Assembly: GCA_013265495.1 (NCBI GenBank)
Contig: MU058463.1
Span: forward strand, 2,069,523 to 2,133,522
From: Vicugna vicugna
Taxonomy: Eukaryota
Length of the DNA stretch: 64,000 nucleotides
Direction of reading: 5' to 3'
The notes beneath the pieces are model-generated. The model made no database searches and was not told the origin of the DNA. It saw only the letters and a program-made list of their open reading frames with translations. Positions 50,826 through 64,000 of this stretch are shown in pieces. Both the position numbers and the translations under genes were made by a program. The first letter of the stretch is position 1. Each line of letters opens with the position of its first letter.

Positions 50826-53800
50826 GATGTCTCCAAAGGCAAACCAGCACCTCAGGATTTTTAAATGGATTGTTGATATTTGGGGGCCATGGTTTCACAA
50901 TATTGGGGATTTACGTTATAAAATCCTCCTGTATCAAGTTATAGACAATCAGATTGGTTCTTTTCAAGGGATCCTATTACGTTAAGCCACCGGACTGAAC
51001 TTGTATTTGTAAAGGAAATGAGTCTAACTACTGTCTTCCATTAAGTGCTCTAGAAATCGTGGCAGTGACTTCCTGTGGTCAGGGATTGCCTATGTGTGGT
51101 TGACAGTCCACGAGGATGACTCCACTGCGCTTCTCTCCCTGGGAGAGCTGAAGTGGTTTGGCTTAACATAGATAAGTTTTTGTCCTTAGTAGGAATTTGC
51201 TGAAGTAGAACCATCATCATGATGCCATTAGGTTGAATTTCAGGACGTGGGCTTCTTTTGTCGGCTTTTGATACATTTATATTTGGCTTTCTTAGGAATT
51301 AAACACAGACCATTAATGAAAACAATACAGAGGCCTGGAGGATCACACAGAAAATCTAGGCAAAAACAGGAAGCCCTTAGCAAAGTTTCCCAGCCTTTTA
51401 CCTTGAGTTCTCCAAATACATTGACAAATAGGTCTATTTTTAAAATCATTAAAAAGAAAAAAAATGTCTGGAACTAGTTCCGCAGGAACCCACTGAACTC
51501 TGCTCACCTTCCCTCCCCCACGGTCTGCTCCATGACACAACACCCAACTTGAAGCACATGGCAAAATACCAAGGCCGTATAATTTTTTAAAAGAAAAACA
51601 AAATTAAGTTCTCTTGTCTATAAAGAAAGAGAAAAGATCTGGAAGCATCTTTTAAGCATGCCTGAAATCTACTCTACGACTGCGTCTAAGATTCTGATGA
51701 ATGCAGTGAGGAGTGATGTTGGAATATCTGGGCAATGGGGAAGGCTGTCTTTGGGAGACTGACATAATCCTCAGGTGGGACAGACCAAATCTGGGGATTA
51801 CAGGGGAGGGTGAAGGGTAGCACGTGTCCTTTGAAAAATCTACCTGGTTTAGTTTATCTGTAGGAGCTTCCATATCCCTCCCATATCACTCTCAATACAA
51901 TTCTGAATACAACTCCAAAATATAAAGATTTGGGTGCTTGCCATAATATATTGTTGTCTTTCTCCCTCACTAGAGATACAGCGGTAATTTAACACATTGC
52001 TCTATCCATAGTTCCTGGTACACTGCCTTTCAAAGTGTGTGTTCTGATGCATCTAATAAAACTGTAGAAAGGTTATTGTAGAAGTTTTTATAAATAAAAG
52101 TAATTATGGAGTGAAATGGATTTATCGGAACAATTACGTTGATTAACAACACATTTTACCTGGAGAAAGAATGTTATCATTTGAAGACTTTCCATCAGAT
52201 TTTGTACTCTGTAGCCACATATTTATTTTTGTTAGCCAGTTGCTTATGTTAATGTACAGTAAACTATATGCCTTTAGCACAAAAAGAGTCATGTTATCAC
52301 TAGGAGTTTTTCTAATTAATGTCACGTCAGAGAAACTTTCAAGCATGCCTTAGCAATGCTTGTGTGAAATTTCTTCCTGGTCATTATATTATGTCGAGTC
52401 TAAATATAGGACCTGCTCTATGTAGTGTTTTCAATTCTTTGCACTGTGCCTTTTATCTAAGGCTGTTCCCACTTGTTTTGAAAACCTGTCAACCTGTCAT
52501 GGTGATGTCAATATTTGGAGTTATATAATAGTTTCCCTTTAAAGATTAAAGGCACCTTACCAGTGGTATAAAATATTTAGATCTGACAGAAAACTTTATC
52601 ATTAGATGCAATGTGCTTTTGGAAATGCCTAATAAAATGTACCCAACACATAATGTGATAAGCCAAGCCTGTGAGACCATCTCTTAGTCTGTGTACTCAA
52701 CTCAGTATCATGATTTTCACGGGGAAGTTGAACTCTAATGACTTCAGGGTCATTAGTAAGAGAGGAAAAGGGAAGGGGAATGACACAATCAGTTCCCAAT
52801 ACTTTGATGAAGCTAGTTTCCATTACACTGAAAGCATATAAAGAAAAGAGAATGTATTGATTAAATAAGTTACCATTCGTTTTTTTCATCACACAGTTAA
52901 ACAACAAGAAAGCTAGACCTAAAACCAACTGACATTGGTCTGCCCATGAACACGTAGGAGTGGAAATGGCCGCATTCCACCGACTGCCATTTGGTGACAC
53001 CTCACTGAAAAACAGATAAGGAACAAGAGGAATGATTGTGAACTTCCTTTATCCTGAGTAATTAAGAGGATGTTTACTTCCACTCACCTTAATGACTACG
53101 TGTCAGAAGTTCCTCCATATCTGACCTAAAGTAAACAGACCTTTTTATGATTTATGTTACTACATTTCAATTTTTTACGAAGACTCCATTGAGTTTGGAG
53201 CCTAGGGAGATGTGACTGGTCCTTAAGCAACAGAGGAGCTCCAACGCCCAGGTAGGAAGATAACATGGCTCCTTGTTCAAACACATTTTTCCCTAATGGT
53301 CCACAGTGACAGCAGAGATGTCTCTTAGAAAGTAACGACTTGGCTAAAGTTAAACTAGCTTTAAGAAAGAGCCTAAGAGAGAGGAACTCAAAAGAATGCT
53401 TGAAAAACTGTCTTAGAGAAAACTCAACCAATTTTACTCCTTTGTTAGGTGTCTCAGAAGAAAAACTGGGAAAACCTACATTTGAGAGTCTCTTTTCACC
53501 TTCTAAAGTAAAATAGCGATAGGTTAACTAGAACCTGAAGTGTTTAATTAAATGACTTTATTTTTAAATCCACATTTCAAGGTATATGTAATTTATAAGC
53601 TTCTTTTCTCAAATACAGTCTTTGAAGAACTATTTGATGTGAAAGGGATATGGGACGCTTTTTACCAAAACTTTTTACCTAAGGCTTAGTAAGCAATAGG
53701 TGTTTTGACAGGTAAAGATGAAACCTAAATGTATTCTAAACTCAGAATAAATTCAATTAATTAAAATGGGATTTCACTCATGGCCAAAAGATTTCCTTAT

Positions 53801-53914
53801 CCCTTGAGTTGGTATTTTAATTCTCTAAAAAAGCTACGATGTTGTGAATGGCTAGCCTTCCCTTTGTTCAGTGTGCTGCTACTTTAGAATAACTTTCTCT
53901 CTGCCTACCCTGAA

Positions 53915-54160
53915 AAGCAGCATTGCTGTATGAGGACCAAGCTGGCGGTCTATTGAGTAGACCTGGGGTGCAACCCAGATTTCTGTCACTTACTCATGGC
54001 ATGACTTTGGGAACACTGCTTAACTTTTCTTAGACTCAGTTACCTCATCCGGAAGAAGAGGCTAATAAAACCTGTTCCCTAGAAGGTCACCACAAAAGTT
54101 AAATGCGGTAACATACTTAGAATGCTGGGCACATATTCGATTCTTAATAAATGTCATTTT
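53915..54160 (+). mobile_element. MIR SINE
   Basis: agacctggggtgcaacccag...tgactttggg...ctcagttacctcatc...ttaataaatg. Confidence 0.75.
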
Positions 54161-54904
54161 GCTTTCTTCTTCTTGTAACACTGAAAATAATACATTCAAA
54201 TATATCTAATGGGTTTTTATGGGCCCAAGATCGTATTCCCACTTTGGGGCACAGTGGACTAAGAGAAAGTACCTCTCTTCAAGGAGCTTACATTTCTGTG
54301 TAGGTAAGAAGTTGTAAGTAACAAGGCAGGGTTTTCTTCTCTCACACCCCACTTTGTTTCATCCTCTCCACAATTTGGTAGGAAACTTTCATAATAACAA
54401 TTTACAGAAATTATACTTTAAGAGAATGTTAATATCAGCAAGAGAGAGAAGCTTTGAATTTATAATTATCTACAGAATAAGAAACCAAACAAAAGCCAGC
54501 CCTTCAGGAGTACAGTCAGCATCTACAGCGTAAAATTAGAAAGGGGCTTTCTCCCTATTTCTACATGAAAACCAGCAACAGTCTGGCACCCTCCAAGAGT
54601 CCTGGCTTTGAAAGAATTGGAATGCAGCACCCTTGCTGTGGACACTGGAATTCTTACGAGGGATCCCACTAACAGCTAACAAAAATGATACTTAGAGCCA
54701 TTTCAGTTGCAGAGGACATCAACAGAAGGAAGGCAGAGTGAGAGACAAAGGATATGGTAGATGCTGTTCCTAGACTGGAGCCAACAGACTGGTTGGTCCT
54801 CCTTTGGAGGCTTCAGAAATACCTGAGTGCAGAGGGATCCGAGGGGCAGGGCTGCAGTTCCGCAAACACAAGTTGTGGCTGAAACACAGCCACATTTTGT
54901 AAAA

Positions 54905-55130
54905 GTAATACCGAATGCTATCTACCAGGCACCATTCAATATGATTTACTCACATTAACTCATGTGAACCCCACAACCACCTTGAGAGGTAGCACTATTA
55001 TTATCTCCATCACACAAGTCAGAGAACTGAAACTCAGAGCGGTTAAGTGGTTTGACCAAAGGCAAGAAGCTACTGAGCTGATCCTTGTAGGCAGGCAGCG
55101 AGGGGTCAACATTCTTAACCACTGTGCTAC
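54905..55130 (-). mobile_element. MIR SINE
   Basis: cacaaccaccttgagaggtag...gaactgaaactcagagcggttaagt...cttaaccactgtgct. Confidence 0.8.
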
Positions 55131-55612
55131 ATGATGACGTTGATTAAGCTTGGGACTGAAAGTTAGAGATGTAGAAAACACACCTCCAATTTTGTGAAGT
55201 TGTAGTATAGTGTGTAAAGCTAAGGCAGAAATTATTTGCTTAACAGTAAATAATGTCCTCATAGACAAATATTTGAAATGTGGCCACTAGTGTTTGCCAA
55301 ATATTTATCCGATTTTTAAACTGAGGACCCAAAAAGAAGAGGCAGAAAAAGTGAAATAAATATCTGAAACACCATGAAGAAATTTAATGCAGAATTTAAA
55401 ATAAAACTGAAGTTTCATGAGTGCTAAACTGTTAATTGTGAGGAGTTCCCAGCTTACGGCAAATGGAAGACTTCAGCAATGTCATGAGGACGCATATTTT
55501 CACTGGGGCACTCCTGGCTTTCAGTGGGCTAGAAACGCAGATCCTTAGAGACTTTGTTCTGGATTCTCCATTGGAAGCACACTGCAGGGTGTGGTAGGTA
55601 TAGCACCCAGGG

Positions 55613-55795
55613 CAGAGCTGTCTAACAGAGCATTCTGTATCTGCCAGGGCCAGTGCAGTAGCCACTAGTCACCTGTGGCCACGGAGCGCTCAAAGCGTGG
55701 CTAGTGTGACCAAAAAACTGAACTTTTAAATTTATTCAGTTTGACTTACTTAAATAGCCACGTGTGACTGCAGGCCACCCTCTTGAATGGCACAG
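55613..55795. mobile_element. MER3-like hAT-Charlie element
   Basis: gctgtctaacaga...gtagccactagtcacctgtggc...gtggctagtgtgacc...aaatagccacgtgtg. Confidence 0.8.
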
Positions 55796-56099
55796 ATCTA
55801 GAGCTTTCCCACAAATTATCAGTTTTCAACCTATTTCCCCTCTTCATTGGACATCCATAAAGATTTATGATATCAAGTCTACCATATGATAACTGATGTT
55901 CTCTCTCTCCCCCACTTCCTAAGCTACAAAAGCCTAGCCCTTAAAATAGATACTTGGACAAGCATCTCAAAAATCATCCCATCAGAAATTAAGTTTATTA
56001 GAGATTTAGAAGTAAGACTGTCAGTGGAAGGAACACTTGCTCAGGTTCCTTCCTCACAGGAAGATGGTGTTTCACCTTCATCAAGCTTGAACCGGTGTC

Positions 56100-56330
56100 T
56101 CATTTTTTTTTATATCAGATTTATCGACATAGAATTCACATACCATAAACTTCACCCCTTTAGAGTGCACAGTTCAGTGGGTTAGTACATTCAGAGTGGT
56201 ACAAACATCTCCATCTAATTCTAGAGCATTTTCACCACACCCAGAAGAATCCCTAAACCTATTAGCAAGAACTCCTCTGCTCCCACTGCCTCCAGCCCCT
56301 GGCCATCACTAGTCTACTTTTGGTCTTAGC
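56100..56330 (-). mobile_element. L1MB 3' end
   Basis: aattcacataccataaacttcaccc...cagcccctggccatcactagtctactttt. Confidence 0.85.
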
Positions 56331-58699
56331 ACTCTTGTCAAAGCACTGCATTCTTTGAACAACACATCTGTACCAAGTCATCTTCATTTGTTTCCTCTCT
56401 TCTTCTCTTTCATGTATTTTTAATTTTCTTTACATTTTAAATTTCTGCTTTGCCCTGAATTTCTCCTTGCCTATCCATCTTAGTGACACTCACGTGCTAA
56501 GTTTCTTTAATCCATCTACATTCAATGTGTTATTATTATTTTTTTTAATTCTTTAAACTTCACGGCTCAGAGGCAACAGCTCTTTCATCATCAAAATAGG
56601 CCAAGTGAGCAAACTAGATAACGCTTCAGAGTCTGGGATTTTAAGAGTCTGGGATTGGTAGGGAAAGGACAGGTAAAATGAGAGTGTCTCTCAGCTTCAG
56701 TTAAGTCATCTATCTGAATGGTGTTATCCTTGCCGCACGCCGAGCTCCACCTGGTACCGTTCCAATTCTCAGCACCCGAAACAATGCCTAGAACATAGCA
56801 CCTGCACCTTAAATCATCGCTGAGTGAAGGAAGGAATATGTGTATTTCTTTATGGTGTGTTTACAAGTTTGTCCCTCCCATAAAGTTACCCAGCTAGAGC
56901 ATCATTCATTTTCCTTAAAAAATTACCTGCGAAACAACATCCTGGTGCTTGAAAATCTATGTGTAATGTAAAGAGAGATGTTAACTTAAAGTGTGTTTCC
57001 TAGATTGCTGAATCTAGCAAATTCTTGGAATTCTTCTCTCGGGTGGACACCAGTTTAGGAGGAAGGCTTCCATGTAAGCCCCCAAAATAATAGCTTGTAC
57101 ACTTTTCCCCACAGAACGTGAAAACAGAAACACCTTCACTCACAACTCGCATTCGTTCTCTCACCAGTGTTCCTGAGGCACCTTTTCCCTGCGTTAGCCC
57201 AGACCCCCCTTCTTCAGTGTACGCAGAGGATTTCTGTCTCTGGGGTAGTCTCAGCACGCAGGCAGGTGCGGGAAAGGAAGAGAGGGGCTGGGGAGTGAGC
57301 TGCAAGTCTCCACACAATCCTTTCTTCCAGTTTGAGGATGAAAATGGAGATAAAAAAGCCAAACCTGCAGATACACTGGACTCAGCGGGAGCCAAGAGCT
57401 GGCTTTAAAACTGGCAGTTTTGAAGGCATCAGCGGGAATCGTTTTGGTAATTACCCGTTGGGAAATGTCATCCCATGGATGGTGACAGACACGAAGCAGC
57501 TGTGCTTTGCTGGGGAGAACAGAGGCTGGGCCTGAGCGGGAACAAACAGCGGGCCAGCTGCAGCCTGTGGGGCAACTTCCTCTCCTGCTCAGTGCTGGCC
57601 AAACACGCAGCCATTCATCACACAGCAGAGTGCATCTGAGACGTCTGACACTGCCTGTTGAAGATTAGCTGAATCTATCCAATTTCTAGCCAGATTTAGG
57701 GGCTTGGCGGGGCTTGGCTCAGGGTGAAGGAGTGTCTTTTTATTGCAGAAAGATTCTCAGTCAAATTAATTGCAAAGATCGCAGGCTGGTTCTGGCTGAA
57801 ATTCAGAGAATCGTCTAGCCAGAAATCCTGATTCTTCAATGAGAGACAGAAAGGACATACGTATTTGCTTGTATGAATTCCTGGTGTGGCATCAGAGATG
57901 CAAAGCTCAAGCCAATCCAGGTGGCCCTGTAGCCTAAATGCGCATTTGAAGAGCAATTTGCATGTCTCCTGCCTATCTTTGTACAAAACAGCTTCTCTGC
58001 CCCAACACCCAGCCTCTTCGTGGGTGAGAATTTCAGTCTCTGTCAGGGGTTGTGGGCCTCCCAGCTGGGCTGGCAGGTCTGCTGTCGCCTCTCTGAGAAA
58101 GCTTCTGCCCCTAAAAGTCACACCACCTTGGTCAGGGGACCTGCTCAGGCCACTCGCTGCAAAAACCAGCTGCTACCAGGGAGCTGTGTGGCGTTCACTC
58201 ACCCCACAGGCCTGAGGCACTCTAGTGACTGCAGCCCTGGTGTGGGAGTACCTCTGATCTTAGGACCCCGAGCGGTGGGTCTTGGGTAAACCCCGGAGTG
58301 TCTTTATACCCTTATGTAGTCCTTGTCCTTAAATACCCCAAATTCAGGCCTTCAGGGAAAGTCCTCGGAGACTGTCATTTCACAAAGGGAAGTGATCTGT
58401 CTCCTTTCTAACCTCATTTGACTCTCTGCTCAATCCTTTAAAAGTGTCATCACAGTGTGATCTACAGGCAAGTTAACTTCTATTTTAAATTATTCATTTA
58501 CATCACACTGAGCCCTGCCAAACATGCTGTTGTTTTTATTTAAAAAGCTATGTTCACATAAATATCTTCTCAATAACATAAATATTTCTAAGTAGCCCCT
58601 AAGACATATATGGACTACTCTTAAAATGGAATGAATATAGGTTTTTACATGGGGAAAGAAACCCAAAATATATCAGAAGGCAAAAAAAGCAAAACAGGA

Positions 58700-58838
58700 T
58701 TTTTTTTTAAATTTTTTTGTTGAGGGGGAAACAATTGGATTTGTTTGTTTGTTTGTTTAACGGAGGTACTGAGGGATTGAATCCAGGACCTCATACATGC
58801 TAGACATGCATTCTACCACTGAGCTATACCCTCCCCCC
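58700..58838 (-). mobile_element. tRNA-derived SINE (camelid Vic-1-like)
   Basis: ggaggtactg..ggattgaatccaggacctc...ctaccactgagctataccctccccc has A and B boxes, with a T-rich tail. Confidence 0.9.
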
Positions 58839-61396
58839 AAAAATAGAATATTTTGAGTGAGTTCATTTCCTAAAAGATAATCATCTAGAGAGAGAATAAT
58901 TTGAAAGACTATGTACTAAATTGTCGACAGCAGCTGTTTCTAGGAGGAAATATTATTGCAAACTTTTACTTCCTATATTTTTTATTTCTATTATATCTGA
59001 AATATTTATAACAGATCTTGGCAGTTGGAAAAACAATTAAGATTAAAGTAACTGCCAGGCAAAGCCAATCATCAGTTGTGATTTGAGAACAGAGAAAGCT
59101 TAAGGCCCCGAGGCTTCACCACGCAGCTCATGGTCCCCAGGATGCAAACAGCAGCATGACCTCGGCACTTCTTAGAAGTCCAGAACCTTAGGCCCCTTTC
59201 TATGTCTACACTGACATCCACAGTAACATTCACATTCTCAGTGCTAAGTGGGAGAAGGCACTGTCTGCCCGTATTAACTATGACCTCCTTCACTGGATGT
59301 GTGTGATTCCTTTTTATAATAATAAAAGCAATTTTTAGAAAACTATCTACATCTATCTTATTTTATAACTTGAACTAAGAAATAAACATATTTTTGTAAG
59401 AGCAGATTTTCAACCAGACAACAGCAATGGACTAGGCTCCCAGTGAGAGGAAAGAGGCACTTCTCTCTTCACTGGGATAAAGTCAAGCGTGAATCCATGT
59501 CCCCCAAGATAAGAGAGAGGAATAAGCAGTCAGATGAAAAAATGTACAAAAATGCTAGAAGTACAAGGTAAAAAGTGACAAAGAGCCACAACTAATCACA
59601 AGTCTGTTGTTGCTATTTGGCTAAATAAAGAATATCCAATAGTGTCTTTGCTGATCTGGCTAACTTTTTACTGCTCAGAAGCAGAGGAAGGAGATTGATG
59701 GGAGTAACAAACTCTGGACTTAATTGTGATCATCAAGGAAGAATAAGCTTGTGATATGAAAATGAAAAGGAATTGGGGGTGGAAAGGTAACGATGTTATC
59801 CTGAGCTTATGATATTTACAACAAAAGAACGATGGGTACAGCTAGATTTTGGACAAGCCACACTGATTCAAGCGTCTAAAGTGAATGAAGCTCAATTAGA
59901 GGAGAATGCCCTGAAAACGTGTCATTTGGTCTATGCATCCACCCACAGCTGAGCTGGAGGAGAAACACTTGTCAAGAGTAAATGGCGCTAATGAGAGCTT
60001 TCTGGTGATTAAAGATTTTAGAAGGTCACTTACAAACAATAAAGGGACAGGCAGATGAACTGGGTTTTATGATACTCCCCCTCAATATACTTATTTGGCT
60101 TTGGGGCCTCTGTAAATATGGAAATGATATTTACAGTTTTACTCTTAAGTCCAATTTATAAGCGCTTACACTAGCAGGTTGAAGATGGAAACTCTTTGGG
60201 AGAGGTTGATCTGTGTGCTCCCTTGGGAACTGGAGACTTGCAGCCTGCCAATAAGGGAAAATGACACACTATGCTGGTCATTTTCTGAAGGTAGAAAATA
60301 AAAGGCTGGACAAAAAAGGTGCTTTGAAGTACCATTATATGCATGACTTCTGTGGACAGCCCTGGAGGCTGGGGCAAGAGAGGATGCACTGACCATTTAA
60401 GAATCAGGGGCCAGGCATGCCTACGATCCGAGCCTGCCACACATCTGGAACGTTTCAATAGAGGCCTCGGAGATAAGATTGACAGCTTCATGTCAGACAC
60501 AATTAGAGGAACCAGGGTTTCAATCCCTGATATGTAAGATGAAAGTAAAGTAGGACAAAAGCAGAAATAATAGCGACTCTTTGGATAAAAGTGAACAGGT
60601 TAGAGATGTTTGTGAAATACATGAGAGAGATCCACCCAAGTCAGCACCTTTGAACCCAGCAATGTCTTGGCAACCCTCACTGACATTCCAGCACTTGAGT
60701 CTGGAGAAGTATCTTAGCAGAATTATCCATCCAGGATTCTAGTCCTTATTATTACTTGTCATCTCTCAAGAGCATTATCATGGCTTGCTCGTTGACCTTT
60801 TTAATACTGAATGAAAATACATGGAGATCATGTTTAAAATATGGTTCTAACACAGATCTCTTTTTTTTCCCCGTACAAAAAGATAGGAAGAGCCTCTGAT
60901 TTAATGGATAAAAGATGCTGCATCATTAGAATTATTTAATATGTGGTCTATTTCACTTGGATTTAACTCTCAATGTAAAAGCCTTCAAATTTTTTGAAAC
61001 CAGTGCTGTCGGACTAAAACAATGGAATTAAATGCCTTGGTTTATATCGTTACCTCGTTCAAGTAAAGACTTGAGGTGACTTACAGCCAAAAACATGTAT
61101 AATAAAATTAACAGAATAGAACTTTAAAGAAAAATTAGAACTCAAGAGAAAGAGAACAAAAAATATGTCTCCTCTGTGCTTTATGGTTTGCAAGATTGCT
61201 GTTCATGAGTTGCAAATTCTGCCCTGGTCTTCCTGGTAGAGAATAATTGTTCTCACTGTCGTGAAAAAAATATTAAACCACTACCTATGAAATGATGTAG
61301 AAAAACCACACGTTATTTGCTTTCTTTTTTTTGTTAATGTTATGGACGAGGCAGGGTCAACGTTCATCTCTGTCCTTTTTGAAATCCTGTAGCTTT

Positions 61397-61560
61397 GTGC
61401 TCCTCATGGTGTGTTCCAGGGGCCAGCAGCAGCAACAGCATTGCCTGGGAGCTTGTTAGAAATGCAGACTCTCAGCCCCCACCCAGACCTGCCGAATCAG
61501 GAGCTGCATTTTAACAAGATTCTCAAGTGATCTACATGCTCATTAAAACTTGAAAAGCAC
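61397..61560. mobile_element. MER5A (hAT-Charlie)
   Basis: cctgggagcttgttagaaatgcagactctcagccccacccagacct...gcattttaacaagat. Confidence 0.9.
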
Positions 61561-61829
61561 AGATCAGTGACATTTATGATCACATATTGTCTTCTCCTTA
61601 CATAAATGCATCTACCTAATCTTTCAGCAAACTATCAATTCCTCAGGGCAGAAACTTATTCCCTTTTTTTCCCCATGACACCAAGCAAACCAAGAACACT
61701 GCAGCCTAAATAAAATAATTTTAAAATGAATAATCGTAAGAGAAAAAATTAGACCAAGAGGATTAAAATCAATTCATACAAGATAAAATTATAGGACGAA
61801 TTATATGCTTTAATAACTTGACATCTTAA

Positions 61830-62030
61830 ACAACAGTAATAATGACTAATATTTATTACTTATTTGTGGCAGGTGCCAATAATAAGCATGTTTTATTAGC
61901 TTCTTCACAGAACTATTACTCTCACCTTATAAATGGGAAAATTGAGATTTGAGATTAAACAAATTGTCCAAATCAACTGCTCAAAGGTAGTAGAACTATA
62001 ATTTAAACATAGGGCATCTGATTACACAAA
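61830..62030 (-). mobile_element. MIR SINE
   Basis: taatatttattac...ttataaatgggaaaattgagatt. Confidence 0.65.
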
Positions 62031-62899
62031 CCAAATTTTTAGCGACAATTGTCCAATGAGAACTTCTGATGCCTGGGTTTCTGAGTGATATGAAACCCCA
62101 GGACCAAGTAATGAGATCAGAAGCTAGGAAAACTCACAGCGGACCAAGTGATTGGATCTGATCAAAGCTGATACGTGAAAGTAGCTCTCATTTTAAAACA
62201 ACCGTGGCATGCTTACATTTTTGTGACTCTGTAAAATCACAGGCCTGCTTTTACAAATTTGAAAAGTATAATCTAGTATCAGTGGAAATGAGATACAAGG
62301 AAACAAACTGGAAAATAGGAATGGTAAGAAAGCTTAGACAATGCGATGATCCTAACTGCAAGATACTTAATGCTTACACATCCCTAGGGGTGCTTCTAAG
62401 TATGAACTACCTACATTTCCTTAGACAATAGTTGTCAAAGGTAATTCACCTTTTCCAAAACGAAAGAAAATGGGGCTCCAGTATGTCAGCATGAATCAGA
62501 GGTCCCTTTCGGGGACATGTGTGTTAAGTTATCCATGTTTGTAATGATCTGCTACATTGTCTCTCTCCTATTGATGAAAAATGTGAAAAAAGAAGAGAGC
62601 AGGTGAGTGTATCTATTAATATGGGTATGAAATAGTAGATAATGAATTATCACAGGTGAAGATGAATGTGTAGCTGGAAAGATACATGAAAGGTGGGGGT
62701 GATGACTTGCGAAAAAGAAGATGGTACACTCCTCCTAAGGGTTGGAATTTTATTTTGTTCCCCAAACATCCCCAGTACCCAGCACTATACCTGGTACTTA
62801 GAAAGTATTTGATAAGTACCTACTTACTGAATGATTATCTACTATGTACTTAGCTATTAAGAATTACCTGTTGAAACTTCACAATCACATATCACGTTT

Positions 62900-63085
62900 A
62901 AGTACCAGTCTGACTAGTACTACAACTTTAAGTTGTTTAACCCATCTACACCTCAATTTCCTCATCTGTACAATGGGCACATGATGTCAACTTCATTAAG
63001 TTATGAAAATCAAGTAAGATAACATACATAAAATGCTTAGCATGGCCCATGTCACATTAAGTGGCCAATAAATGTAGCTAGAAAT
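62900..63085 (+). mobile_element. MIR SINE
   Basis: cctcaatttcctcatctgtacaatggg...aaatgcttagcatgg...caataaatgtagcta. Confidence 0.8.
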
Positions 63086-63724
63086 ACTAACTTTCCAGTG
63101 AGGTTACATTCAGCCTCAGCTTTTATCCATGGCACCTTAGCCCAGCTTATAATTTTTTCAGATGTATGGACCAGAAAGAACCATGAACAGACTGTCTTTG
63201 AGTGGTAGAGCCAGGACCATAACTGGCCTTTGACCAGTCCTCCTTAGTCACAATTCACAGGAGAAGGTCTTTCCTTAAGATACTGAGTTGTCTGGGTATC
63301 TTTCTCCATCAGAAGGAACCTCTTCCTGGCTCTTACACAACCCCAGTGAGTGAATGTGTTTCTCACTTAAACAACAAGGAAGATCCCACAGTGAAGTTGT
63401 GGCCACAGAGGTCAAATTTGTCACCTTCACTTATGGAAAGGAACTATCTACATCACTTCCACTGCTGAAGTCAGCCACCCATGGTTCTGTACTGTGGGAA
63501 CCACTCAATCAGCTACCCCCAAAGCCAGATTTCCTTGAAACTTAGTGCCTTTGAGTTTCTTATATTCCTTGATCTGGGCCCTGCAAGGACATATCTGGTA
63601 GACAAATTACCTGGAAACTCAAAGCCCTGGAGGATGGTGGGCTTTCTGTGGTCATGCTGACTGTGACCACTGTGATGATGCTGACAAGAGGCAGTGTAGT
63701 GAAGTGGTTAGAACAGTTTTGTCT

Positions 63725-63935
63725 ACAATATTGTATCCTGGATGGGATCCTGGACTAGTAAAAGGACATTAGGTAAAGCTAAAGAAAATCTAAATAAGTC
63801 TGGACTTCAGTTAGTAATAGCATCAACATTGGTTCATTATTTATAACAAATGCATCACACTAACATAAGATGTTAATAATAGGGAGAAATGGATGTGGGG
63901 TATATGGGAACTTCATAATATCTTCTCAATTTCTA
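63725..63935 (+). mobile_element. L1MC 3' UTR fragment
   Basis: tcctggatgggatcctgga...aaaaggacattagg...agatgttaataataggg. Confidence 0.85.
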
Positions 63936-64000
63936 GAACAGTGATGAAGCCAGATATATAAACACAAGGCTGAATGAAGTTAAAATCCATGGTTCTTGAA

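Noticed and set aside
56628..56656. 13-bp direct repeat agagtctgggatt
   Set aside because: Simple local tandem duplication with no further structure.
57118..57408. 96-aa ORF ending FEDENGDKKAKPADTLDSAGAKSWL as a terminal coding exon
   Set aside because: GTG start, no recognised homology and no supportable upstream exons.

Overview
Mammalian genomic DNA, AT-rich and dominated by fossil repeats. It is most likely camelid, inferred from two tRNA-derived SINEs of the camelid Vic-1 type and a young L1 whose 3' UTR resembles camelid L1. I can support no intact protein-coding sequence. The longer ORFs in the track are decayed L1 ORF2, decayed Tigger1 transposase or chance ORFs. The left end has a CpG island (~1540-2260) with a minus-strand TATA box at 1508-1514, an HNF1 site and a possible spliced exon, so it looks like the 5' end of an unidentified gene transcribed leftward out of the window. 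The remaining ~62 kb appears intergenic. It holds a full-length Tigger1 nested in a MaLR internal region, a near-complete MLT1 provirus, MLT2/ERVL, LTR33, a MER41-like solo LTR, many L1/L2/MIR/hAT fossils and a long CR1/L3 fossil. The most notable structures are a ~550 bp retroposed non-coding (3'UTR-like) insert with TSDs inside an old L1, a twin-primed 5'-inverted L1, CpG retention inside ancient repeats and several candidate enhancer motif clusters. I see no convincing evidence of a novel biological system. Repeat family names come from recalled consensus similarity, and coordinates are approximate unless TSDs are quoted.
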